A stretch of 32,000 nucleotides of DNA from Wolbachia endosymbiont of Armadillidium arcangelii (GTDB lineage: Bacteria > Pseudomonadota > Alphaproteobacteria > Rickettsiales > Anaplasmataceae): assembly GCF_040207875.1 (NCBI RefSeq), contig NZ_CP157942.1, forward strand, positions 877,001 to 909,000, written 5' to 3'. A model generated the notes under the pieces. That model had not been told where the DNA came from. It saw only the letters and a list, made by a program, of their open reading frames with translations, and made no database searches. Position numbers and translations under genes: made by a program. Shown here piece by piece: positions 1 to 8,938 of this stretch (position 1 is its first letter; every line of letters begins with the position of its first letter).

Positions 1-1878
1 CTACCGACAACATTATAGTAAGAATAATGGTGAATCATCAGGCTGTAACGAGAGTAAACACATAAGTGACCTCGAAAAGTACAGAACCGAAGGCTGAACC
101 TACCATGGCTTGGTGAAGGCAACATGGGCAGTTGAAACCCGAATGATACAACTGAACCACTTTGGCGGGGTGATAGTGACAGCATGATGATAAGGACATA
201 TGAGCAACTGGAGAAGCCCTCCTCGTCCCAAGGAGAAATACCTTGGAGTGGTAGGTTCTATAACTAGATAAACTAGGAAAAGAAACCGAAGATGAGAGGG
301 TGGCGGATGGGTGCGTAGTAGCGAAGAAGTGAGGTAACTCTCACGGAGCAAAGGCACCCTACTAGTAGGAATCTTTTGACAAAAGGAAGGTAAAGGTAAA
401 AATGATAAAAATACCAATAAAATTACAAGACCTGAGAAGAAAGATATATACCAAAGCAAAGGCAGAACCGGAATGGCGATTCTGGGGAATCTATGTTCAT
501 GTCTGCAAAATGGAGACACTGGAGGAAGCCTACAAGCTAACGAAGAAGAGTAATGGAGCACCAGGAATTGATGGAGTGACATTCGAATCAATAGAAGCAA
601 CAGACTTAAGAGGGTACCTCCAACAAATAAGACACGAGCTAATAACCAAAACCTATAGCCCAAATAGGAACCGGAGGAAGGAAATACCAAAATCTGAAGA
701 AAAACTCAGAATGTTGAACATACCCTGCATCCGGGATAGAGTAGTGCAAACAGCACTAAAGCTAATAATTGAACCAATATTCGAATCTGACTTTCAGGAC
801 GGATCATATGGATATAGACCAAAAAGAAAAGCGTGTGAAGCAATAAGCAGAGTAGCAAAAACAGCAATCGAAGGCAACACAAAATGTATTGACCTAGATC
901 TGAAATCCTACTTTGATAACGTGCGACATCATATTCTTATGGAGAAAATTGCAAAAAGAATAAACGATAAAGAAGTCATGCGCTTAATTAAGCTAATCCT
1001 CAAGATAGGAGGAAAACGAGGAATAGCACAGGGATCACCAATTTCGCCATTACTGAGTAATATATACCTAAATGAGGTAGACAAAATGCTAGAGAAAGCA
1101 AAAGAGGTGACTAAAGAGGGAAAATATCAACATATAGAATACGCCAGATGGGCTGATGATTTAGTGATACTGATAAGTGGACACCCAAAATGGAAATGGC
1201 TAGAAAAATCAGTTTACAAAAGGGTACAAGAAGAATTAGCAAAACTAAAAGTAGAAGTAAATGAAGAAAAGACAAAAGTAATCAATCTAAAAGAAGGAAG
1301 AATATTCAGCTACTTAGGATTTGATTTTCGAAGGAAAATTACAAGACAAGGAAAGTGGAGCATACAAACAACACCACAGATGAAAGCACGGACAAACCTA
1401 ATACGCAAGTTGAAGGAAATATTTCGCTGCTATAAGTCGCAACCAATAGGAAGAGTGATTCATATCATTAATCCAATATTGAGAGGGTGGGTAAACTACT
1501 TTAGGATTGGACACTCAAGTCGAACCTTCAGGTACGTGAAACAGTGGGTAATGAAGAAAGTAAGACGCAACTTAATGCGAGCCAGAAAAGCAAAAGGATT
1601 TGGCTGGAAGAAGTGGAGTAACGAATGGATATACCGAACGCTAGGTTTATATGAAGACTACAGAATAAGGTATTACGTTCCGAAAGCATTACCAGCACAA
1701 TATGCTATAAACTTTGGTAAAGAAACTACTAGGAAAGCGTAGTGCGGAAAACTGCATGCTGCGTTTGATGAGGCGGGAGCTGGAAACGTAAATATGGGAA
1801 TTTGGATTGAGGCCCATGATGAAAAATAATGGATCAGCCACCAAACCCTAAAGAGGCGCGCCAGTTCCCGACCCTACG
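1..1878 (+). mobile_element. Group II intron 1 (5' end upstream of window) carrying an intact intron-encoded protein
   Basis: RT/maturase ORF 402-1742 is embedded in about 400 nt upstream and 135 nt downstream of non-coding sequence that is more GC-rich than its surroundings. The 3' limit is placed where truB homology starts on the other strand (1879). Exact splice boundary and domains V/VI were not resolved by eye. Confidence 0.75.
402..1742 (+). CDS. ltrA: Group II intron reverse transcriptase/maturase (no HNH/En domain)
   Basis: Uninterrupted 446-aa ORF. RT motifs: GYRPKRKA, AQGSPISPLLSNIYLN, ARWADDLVIL (YADD-type). Maturase X motif: INPILRGWVNYFRIGH. Confidence 0.9.
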   Translation: MIKIPIKLQDLRRKIYTKAKAEPEWRFWGIYVHVCKMETLEEAYKLTKKSNGAPGIDGVTFESIEATDLRGYLQQIRHELITKTYSPNRNRRKEIPKSEEKLRMLNIPCIRDRVVQTALKLIIEPIFESDFQDGSYGYRPKRKACEAISRVAKTAIEGNTKCIDLDLKSYFDNVRHHILMEKIAKRINDKEVMRLIKLILKIGGKRGIAQGSPISPLLSNIYLNEVDKMLEKAKEVTKEGKYQHIEYARWADDLVILISGHPKWKWLEKSVYKRVQEELAKLKVEVNEEKTKVINLKEGRIFSYLGFDFRRKITRQGKWSIQTTPQMKARTNLIRKLKEIFRCYKSQPIGRVIHIINPILRGWVNYFRIGHSSRTFRYVKQWVMKKVRRNLMRARKAKGFGWKKWSNEWIYRTLGLYEDYRIRYYVPKALPAQYAINFGKETTRKA

Positions 1879-2319
1879 TTAGGTATTTATTGATTTTATT
1901 AACTTGTTCGCTTTTTGTCCATTTCTTGCCAACTTATATGCTCTTGCTCCCTTGATTTTCACTGCTGAAAATTGAGGAGGAGTTTGTGTTATCTCACCAA
2001 CAAAATCCTTAATCGCACAATTTATTTGATTATACTGAGGTTTTATAGTGCTGGTTCTAATAATATCACCATCTAAATCGTCCGTAGTTGTTTGCCTTCC
2101 CCATTTGATTGTGAAATTGTATGCCTTTAAGTCGCAGGATAAATACGGTATAGTTTTTGTTGCTTCATCAAGAGCAATCGGTAACACACCTGAGGCCAAA
2201 GGATCAAGTGTTCCCAGATGACCAGCTTTTTTTATTCCAAAAATCCTTTTAACTTGGGTTACAGCTTGCGCAGAACTAATTCCTATTGGTTTGTCAAGAT
2301 TCAGCCAGCCATTTACCAT
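1879..2319 (-). pseudogene. truB: tRNA pseudouridine(55) synthase TruB, N-terminal half only
   Basis: GWLNLDKPIGISSAQAV..VKRIFGIKKAGHLGTLDPLASGVLPIAL (catalytic Asp motif) and ITQTPPQFSAVKIKGARAYKLAR match the first ~145 residues of TruB. Family members are ~300 aa. The ORF ends exactly at the intron 1 junction. Confidence 0.75.
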
Positions 2320-2386
2320 ATATCAATCTTACATAATTAGTAACAATTTAGAAAGTAGATAAAATACTAAGTTGTTAATAAAATGC

Positions 2387-2415
2387 TTGACTAGCGTGCA
2401 TTATTGATATATGAT
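2387..2415 (+). promoter_or_regulatory. Sigma70-like promoter candidate for the 2452 gene
   Basis: TTGACT at 2387-2392, a 17-nt spacer, then TATGAT at 2410-2415. This is an AT-rich background, so the call is only suggestive. Confidence 0.35.
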
Positions 2416-2451
2416 TAATTTTTTATTAACCTTAATAAGGAGGAAGTGATT

Positions 2452-2931
2452 ATGACTACAAGTATATGGAAACTAAAAAACATAGCACCTATAACAAAAA
2501 TGGGTATTGAAGGTACAGTTGCACTTGCATCTTTAGCGGGAGCAATAACAGCAATATTAATTGCTACTAAAGTAATTGCTGGCCCTGCATCTTTAGCACT
2601 TGTTGCTGATCCTGCTGGAATTGTAGCTCTATTTACTGTGGCTGCATATTTTGCCTTAGTAGCTTATGCTTCATATCAGCAAATGCATAAGAATGAAGAA
2701 ATAAGTGAAGCTAAAGCAGGCGCTAAAACAGAAGTTGAAGAAAAAATTAAAGATTTAGCTACTAAAGATGAGTTGAATAGCAAAGCTGACAAGTCTGACA
2801 TTGAAACTCAATTGAATAGCAAACTGAATTCAAATGATCTTGAAGGCAAAGTTAGAGAACTTTTACCTGCTCTCTTAGTAAATCCTGATGTTGCTAATGT
2901 GAATGCTGAAAACGCATTGGCAGACATTTAA
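2452..2931 (+). CDS. Small membrane protein: double hydrophobic hairpin plus coiled-coil tail
   Basis: AAGGAGG at 2437-2443 lies 8 nt before ATG 2452; the GTG at 2446 used in the ORF track is too close to the RBS. Two adjacent hydrophobic segments (VALASLAGAITAILIATKVIAG / IVALFTVAAYFALVAYASY) precede a K/E/S-rich tail ending NPDVANVNAENALADI. A terminator follows. Confidence 0.7.
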   Translation: MTTSIWKLKNIAPITKMGIEGTVALASLAGAITAILIATKVIAGPASLALVADPAGIVALFTVAAYFALVAYASYQQMHKNEEISEAKAGAKTEVEEKIKDLATKDELNSKADKSDIETQLNSKLNSNDLEGKVRELLPALLVNPDVANVNAENALADI

Positions 2932-2951
2932 TAAATAAATTAGTATGACTG

Positions 2952-2977
2952 GAGGTAGGTTTTCTACCTCTTTTTTT
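2952..2977 (+). terminator. Rho-independent terminator
   Basis: GAGGTAG (2952-2958) pairs with CTACCTC (2964-2970) around a 5-nt loop, followed by T7 (2971-2977), 20 nt after the stop codon. Confidence 0.6.
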
Positions 2978-3014
2978 CTCCTTTCATTTGAATATGTAAA
3001 GGTTAAGGCAATCT

Positions 3015-4589
3015 CACTGCCATTAAGTTAAGGGAAAGAGAAGTTAAGATTGGACAAAAAATTTGAAGCGATTGATAATTATGGTAAATACTAGGGTGAA
3101 TTTTTAAGAAAAGGGAGTCTGAAAAGTGCAAGTTATTTAAAAAAGTAATAATTGCAGGTTATTTTGCAAAGAATGTACTAATGCAATGATACTGAAAAGA
3201 TATCTTGAATTTAAAACACATGTTTTCTAGCTCTTTTCTGGTAGTTGAGTGAACGAATATCAGATATCTTATGACGATCAACTCTTCTCCCTTTTCTTAC
3301 CACTAAAGTGTTCATCAAAAATAACTGTGATAGTCGATCCATAATGCAGTCTATGTCTGACTCTGTAGAAAAAATATCAAAGGCTAAGTTTTTAATCGCA
3401 TTAAATGAGACAGATTTATTGATGCTTTTTTTTAGTTTACTATTCTGTGCGCTCAATGTCTCTTCATCATCTTCTATCATGATACTTTCTAGATTACTGA
3501 TGAAGATAGTTGACCAAAAATCCTGCTTGATAGTTTCAATACTTTTTCCTGTGAAATTCTCTAAATTTAATCTTCCCTTCAGCCTAGAAAAAAATGTTTC
3601 TACTCCCCAGCGCAAGTAATATAATCTCTCAAACTCTTCGACTGTAAAACTTTGCTCATCTAACAGAGATGTTACTAACACTTCAACTTCTCCAGAAGAA
3701 AGTATTATTTTGACTAACCTGAATTTCATCTCATCAGGTAATCCTAGCTTTCGTAGCTGTCTTGCTACTTTAATAGGTGCGGTAGACACTACCACCATAC
3801 TAGATGGGCTTTCCGGCTTAAACATAGCGTTTATTTCATTGAAAGACGAACTTGGACAGCGAATTATATAATTGATTTTCCTTCCTGTAAGCTCAGCAAG
3901 AAATCGATAAGATACGTATCCTCTATCACAGATTAACAAATCGTCTGATTTTATGGATTCAAGCATACCGATCGCTAAATCAACCTCATAGCTGTCACCT
4001 CTACTTAGCACAGATTTTATTGCAATATTATTTAGCACATCGTAGCAAACTTCAAAGGTTGCACTTGTATAGTCTTCAAATCTCTGGATTCCATTCCATA
4101 CTGCTCTTGAGCCAAACTCGCCTATTATTTTGTCGCTCTTTGGCAGAATCAGTATTGAAGCATCAAATGCAAGTACTCTGAAGCCATGGTGGGTTTTAAA
4201 TTCCTGATCTTGGTAGTATAGGGAAACTATATCATCATTTAACTCTGAAAACGCAGTATGCTTTAGCTTCTTTCTTGCTTGAGTAAATGCACTTGCCGTA
4301 ATTGTGTAATCTTTTCTTGTATGCAGAACAAACTCATTAAGCATTACTTGTAATGACTTTACACTCTTTCTAAAAATCAGGAGAAATACATTAATGAAGG
4401 GCAGCTTTCTTTTTCGTGAGAAGTCTTTTGAGGATGCTCTGTGTGCGTTTATAAAGTTTAAACTCATCAATTTATTTTTTATAAACATGATTATTCTTTT
4501 TTTTACTCATGTCATTACTTCTTTTAATTTGTGGATCTTACCTGATTTTACAATACAGTCCATCACTTTCCCTTAACTTAATGGCAGTG
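3015..4589 (-). mobile_element. Complete IS4-family insertion sequence (1575 bp)
   Basis: Perfect 24-bp terminal inverted repeats: CACTGCCATTAAGTTAAGGGAAAG at 3015-3038 and its reverse complement at 4566-4589. They enclose a single DDE transposase ORF. Confidence 0.9.
3211..4488 (-). CDS. IS4-family DDE transposase
   Basis: 425-aa ORF. Candidate DDE residues lie in LAFDASIL and LLICDRGY, plus the IS4 signature Y-x2-R-x3-E-x6-K (YYLRWGVETFFSRLK). Confidence 0.9.
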   Translation of the reverse strand: MFIKNKLMSLNFINAHRASSKDFSRKRKLPFINVFLLIFRKSVKSLQVMLNEFVLHTRKDYTITASAFTQARKKLKHTAFSELNDDIVSLYYQDQEFKTHHGFRVLAFDASILILPKSDKIIGEFGSRAVWNGIQRFEDYTSATFEVCYDVLNNIAIKSVLSRGDSYEVDLAIGMLESIKSDDLLICDRGYVSYRFLAELTGRKINYIIRCPSSSFNEINAMFKPESPSSMVVVSTAPIKVARQLRKLGLPDEMKFRLVKIILSSGEVEVLVTSLLDEQSFTVEEFERLYYLRWGVETFFSRLKGRLNLENFTGKSIETIKQDFWSTIFISNLESIMIEDDEETLSAQNSKLKKSINKSVSFNAIKNLAFDIFSTESDIDCIMDRLSQLFLMNTLVVRKGRRVDRHKISDIRSLNYQKRARKHVF

Positions 4590-4621
4590 CTCTTGGTACA
4601 GCTTTAAGTTATGCATGCAGA

Positions 4622-6214
4622 TTGAATGAGGTACGTGTTGCAGAATTAATACTTAGGTATGTTGATAAAATTGATAATGAAGATGGACATACTCCTTTAC
4701 ATTGGGCCGCTAAAAATAATCATTTTAATATAGTAGAAACTCTATTGAATAGGGGAGCAAATATTAATGTAGTAGATGAATTGAAAAGAACTCCTTTACA
4801 TCTTGCTGCTATGGAGGGTCACAAAGATGTAGTAAAAATTCTGTTAAATCAAGGAGCAGGTGTTAATGCAGTAGATAGATTTAAAAAGACTCCTTTAATT
4901 TTGGCTGCTTACAAGGGCTGTACAGAGGTAGCAAAGGTTCTAATAGAAGCAGGAGCTGATGTTAGTATTCAAGACAATCAAGGTAATACTTTCATAAAGA
5001 AAACTCTAGTAGAGTTAGAAAAACTTTATCGTAAAGTTTTTCTTCATTATGGACAAACTTGTAGTTTTATGTACGCAGATTATTTTGATGCAACGCCTGT
5101 TATCTCAGCCGAAATTAGGGGGAAAATTGAGTGGTGTCGTTTGTTATTAAAGCAAGAGGCTAATATTGATAGTTATGAATTTAGCAGTATTTATAAGTGT
5201 ATTATAAGTATTCTTGAAGATAAAAATTCTGATAGAAAACTAATTGGTATAGGTGAGTTAATTGACTTATTACAAGAACACTATTATGAACTAAGTGATA
5301 GAAATAAAAGTATTCTTAAAGATAATTGTCCTGACGATTTTGAGATTTATGGAAAAATGGAGCAGATGCTATCTTGTGAATTTCCCACAATATACAGGGT
5401 TATTTTATTGTGTAATGAGCGTCCAGAAAATGTTTTAAATCTATTAAAAAATCGCGATAACAGAGACCGACTAAAGGAGGAGCTTAAAGCTTATCGAAAA
5501 AATTGTTCGTATGCACCGTTTCCTACATATGATTGGCTTAAAAATTATCTCCCTTTTAGAATAGAATGTAAAGAAAGAGAGATAAAACGTGAAATAGGAC
5601 GTAAAGAAAGAGAGATAGAAGAAAATATTACGCGCGGTAAGTTTGCTGTTGTATCTTCTCAAAAAGAAGGAGAAGAAAGGAAAGATGAAGTTGTCTTCCG
5701 TGCTGATAATATGCTGTATAGTATTTTAACAAATATGGATAGTAATAATAATTCTTCAGGAAAAATAGAACATATAGTATATAGACAAGCTGATATATTC
5801 AAAAAAGAGTTAGAAAAATTTGACAAAAAGGACTTACAAAATATAGCAGTTGCATCTTTGATCCGTCAAAACATACCAGATGCAGAAAATAAGGATTTAC
5901 AAAATATAGCAATTGCATCTTTGATCCGTCAAGACATACTAGATGCAGAAAATAATGCTAACGGTATGATCCTCTGGAGTGAACACAAAGGAAAGATTGT
6001 CCTAAGTGTTGTTGGGCTATGTATAGCTGGTGCTATTGCAGCCTGTGTGTTGGCGTATCCTGTAGCTGCACTAGCTTTAACAGTTTTAGCAGCAGCTATA
6101 TTAATGGTCGCTGGTATTGTCAAAGCTTGTGAGAAATCAGAAGATCCAGGGACGAAAAAGTCAAATGTATCTGTTTCTATAGGCAGTGGAGAAGCAGCTC
6201 GTTCATTTTTTTGA
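4622..6214 (+). CDS. Ankyrin-repeat protein with C-terminal double transmembrane hairpin; probably 5'-truncated by the IS
   Basis: ANK repeats (GHTPLHWAAKNNH, RTPLHLAAMEGH, KTPLILAAYKG). C-terminal hydrophobic pair IVLSVVGLCIAGAIAACVLAYPVAALALTVLAAAILMVAGIV. The only start is TTG at 4622. The frame stays open upstream to 4577 inside the IS right IR, and the codons just upstream (GTALSYACR) already look like an ANK helix. Confidence 0.8.
   Translation: MNEVRVAELILRYVDKIDNEDGHTPLHWAAKNNHFNIVETLLNRGANINVVDELKRTPLHLAAMEGHKDVVKILLNQGAGVNAVDRFKKTPLILAAYKGCTEVAKVLIEAGADVSIQDNQGNTFIKKTLVELEKLYRKVFLHYGQTCSFMYADYFDATPVISAEIRGKIEWCRLLLKQEANIDSYEFSSIYKCIISILEDKNSDRKLIGIGELIDLLQEHYYELSDRNKSILKDNCPDDFEIYGKMEQMLSCEFPTIYRVILLCNERPENVLNLLKNRDNRDRLKEELKAYRKNCSYAPFPTYDWLKNYLPFRIECKEREIKREIGRKEREIEENITRGKFAVVSSQKEGEERKDEVVFRADNMLYSILTNMDSNNNSSGKIEHIVYRQADIFKKELEKFDKKDLQNIAVASLIRQNIPDAENKDLQNIAIASLIRQDILDAENNANGMILWSEHKGKIVLSVVGLCIAGAIAACVLAYPVAALALTVLAAAILMVAGIVKACEKSEDPGTKKSNVSVSIGSGEAARSFF
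5828..5953 (+). repeat. Tandem 2 x 63-bp in-frame repeat inside the ANK-TM gene
   Basis: 5828-5890 and 5891-5953 encode KDLQNIAVASLIRQNIPDAEN and KDLQNIAIASLIRQDILDAEN, with few nucleotide differences. Confidence 0.9.
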
Positions 6215-6395
6215 GCTTTGTAGTATTATACAGCGCAAAACTTAAACAAGTCAACCCAATTCCGCCAACTACTGCTATGATATGCATTTTCAGGACATAG
6301 GATACAACGCTGCTTACTAATAACACTGTGCCAGCAACACCAGCCAGGATTGCTTGTCTTTGCCGTGTTAATGATTTTTCATCTGCAGCATCAAA

Positions 6396-8060
6396 ACATG
6401 GTTCAGCGGGAGAGGGGCTTTCAGGAACATTAGGCTCTTACGCAATAATTTTGAAGCTCTGGGGTCGTTTCACATGCAAGTTAAGATTATCACTATTTTT
6501 ATTATATAATTAAGTATTTAGCACTAATTTCTCTCAATTTCTGGCACATCGATCTCCTGTTGCTTTTGTAAATTAAGATGCTAAGCCGAAAACCTTTTCA
6601 TCTGCTCACTCCATAACATCGGTATTTTTCTCAAATCAACTAACTTCAAACCTCTTGGTTGTTTTCCACTCACTATGTCTTCTTTAATCTCTGGTGCTAA
6701 ATAATTCAGCCTTAAAATTTGTTGTATTCGTCTTGTACCTATATTAATTTTTGCACTCAACTCTCCTATGCTTCCATATTTTCCTTCCTCTAATTGACGT
6801 TTCCACAAATGAGCTCTTACCACTGCTTTCAGTAGCGCATTATTTGTTTTCCCTTCTGGTTCGATTACTGTGCATTTGTTCCTTTCTTTTTTAACCACAT
6901 TGGTATAAATGTCTTTTCTGACTCAGAATGCACTTCTATTCCATCTTCTTCTATCAATACTGTTCTTATTAGCTTTTTCATTACTTCTTTCTGCTTTCCA
7001 AAACTTAAATTTTTCCATTCTTCTGCTTTTTCTCCCCATTTTTCATATAAATCTTCTACTCTCTTCATCACTTCTTTTTCCACTTCTCCTGCTACTACTG
7101 TTCGATTTACTGATTCACAATTTTTTCCCCTTAAATGATTGTTGCATACGTAATATCGATATCTCTTATTCTCTTTTTTTGCATACGTCAGCGTCATATT
7201 TACATCACAGCTCTTACATTTAATTATTCCCCTAAGCAGTGCTTCCTCGTATTTCGCCTTTCTATATGGTTGATTCTTTATCAATTCCTGTGCTTTCTGC
7301 CATTTTTCTTCTTCTATTATCGCTTCATGCTTTCCCTCATACTCTTTTTCATAATGCCTGATTTTTCCCACATATATTGGATTTGTTATTATTCTTCTCA
7401 CCGTTGCCTTTTTAAAGATATCAGACCTTGTTCGATATCCTTCTCTGTTTAACTCCCTTGCCAATTCTGCCATTGATTTTAGCTCCAAATATCTTTCAAA
7501 TATATGCTTCACTGTTTTTGCTTCTTTCTCATTTATTACTAACTCTTTATCTTTTACATCATACCCAAATGGCAAAATTCCTCCCATCCATAATCCTTGC
7601 TCTTTTGATGTTGCTATTTTATTTTTTACCCTTTCTACGATCATCTCTCTTTCTAGTTGTGCTGCTCCTGATAACACTGTTTGTACGAACTTTCCCATTG
7701 GCGTATTATTTGTCAAATATCTGCGTTACTGCTACAAAATTTACTCGGTGCCTTCTAAAAAATGATGTTACATCTATACTGTCTTTTGTTTCCCTTGATA
7801 ACCTGTCTAATGTATATACTACTACACAATCTACTTCTCCTGCCTTTACATCTTCAAATAATTCCTTTATTGCTGGTCTTTCTAAATTTTTCCCTGAAAA
7901 TCCGCCATCATCGTACCTTTTCGCCAATATTACCCAGCCTTCTCTGCTCTTTATGTACTTTTCACATGCTACTCGCTGCGCGTCCAAGCTATTAAACTTT
8001 TGTTCTAGTCCATCTTCATTTGATTTTCCTCTTTTAGCATTCTCTCTCCTCAATTTCCAC
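6396..8060. repeat. Copy A of a ~1.7-kb direct repeat (recombinase module plus ~130-150 bp beyond its 3' end)
   Basis: Collinear with 27747-29445, roughly 90 percent identity by eye. Homology starts at ACATG(G/A)TTCAGCGG and ends ~15-20 bp upstream of the recombinase ATG. Confidence 0.85.
6581..8040 (-). pseudogene. Phage-WO-type large serine recombinase, decayed copy
   Basis: Three ORF pieces (7706-8053, 6865-7716, 6581-6898) are collinear with the intact 507-aa copy at 27901-29424. Lesions: a 22-bp deletion at ~8028/8029 removing the codons for VRCAIYTR next to the catalytic Ser; an extra T at ~7709-7711; an indel/frameshift at ~6870-6900; and a premature TAG at 6581, with tail homology continuing to ~6525. 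Confidence 0.9.
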
Positions 8061-8077
8061 TTTTATCACGCATGTGA

Positions 8078-8938
8078 ATATGAGGAAGAGGCCGTTCTAT
8101 GATTACTCATATTGGTTTCCTCTTCCTCTATTCCCAAACCCGGCGTGCACCTTTCGTTATACACCGGGCTTTCCAATGTTTTATGCGCGTAGTCGGGGTA
8201 GCGTAGCTTAACCAAATCATGACGACCTACTTTAATATCTGCCATCAGCATGATATTCAACCACCGATACCTTGATCTGTTCTCCATTTTCTGCCTGTAG
8301 CGTTTACAGAGAACTCTCCGGGATGTATCTGGGTTTTTCTTCTTTAACCATCTCCATAACCTGTTCCACACATAGTGATCCAGTGCTGAAAAAACACATT
8401 TAGCATTATGACAATGGCGATAAAAATTTCCCCAACCCCGTATTATTGGGTTAATCATGCTAATGATCTCTTCCATAGAGAGATGTATATATTTTCGTAG
8501 TGTTTTCTGTTTGATTTAGTACCGAAAGTCTTTAATTTTTTCTTTCGGTATTTCTACTCGAGACCAATATCCCCACCTCTTATCCCACCTAAGACGTATG
8601 CGGTGACTAAGGAATGTGAACCCTTCATCTAAGCGCGTTACTTTGGTCTTTTCTTCAGACAAGGATAATTTTAATTCCTCGAGAAGAACTTCCCTTAAAC
8701 GTGCCTTTTCACGCATAGCATCTTCTTGTGTACCGTTTACCAAGATAACAAAGTCATCTGCGTAGCGGATAGGAAGATAAACTGGACGTCCAGCTTTACG
8801 CTCTCGGTGGCGATATATTCGCAAAGCATCTACAGGGCGTTTATACGGAAGGCCATTTTTCTGTACTGGGTACTTCACATACTGACCATATGAGTCTTCA
8901 ATTCTTGATAGACTAATATTTGCCAGCAGAGGTGATAA
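8078..8938 (-). mobile_element. Group II intron A, 3' half only (RT motif 5 to 3' end)
   Basis: Minus-strand RT fragment starts at GGVLSPLLANISL and continues through RYADDFVILV (ORF 8516-8878). After a frameshift comes the X domain INPIIRGWGNFY (ORF 8066-8476). Clear domain V at 8136-8172 (AAGCCCGGTGTATAACGAAAGGTGCACGCCGGGTTT). Domain VI stem GAGGAAGAGG/CCTCTTCCTC ends ~8078. Confidence 0.85.

Noticed and set aside
100-690. 196-aa minus-strand ORF overlapping the 5' region and start of the intron 1 RT gene
   Set aside because: It lies antisense inside a group II intron. Its composition is Leu/Ser/Pro/Arg-rich with no motif, and the opposite strand has a fully supported RT ORF and structured RNA.
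1743-1760. GTGCGG immediately after the intron 1 RT stop codon as the 5' end of yet another intron
   Set aside because: There is no downstream intron-like ORF or domain structure before truB begins 135 nt later. It is more likely part of the domain IV closing stem of intron 1.
3308-4576. Small plus-strand ORFs (3308-3619, 4394-4576) inside the IS4 element
   Set aside because: They are antisense to a complete, motif-supported transposase gene, with no RBS or recognisable motifs.
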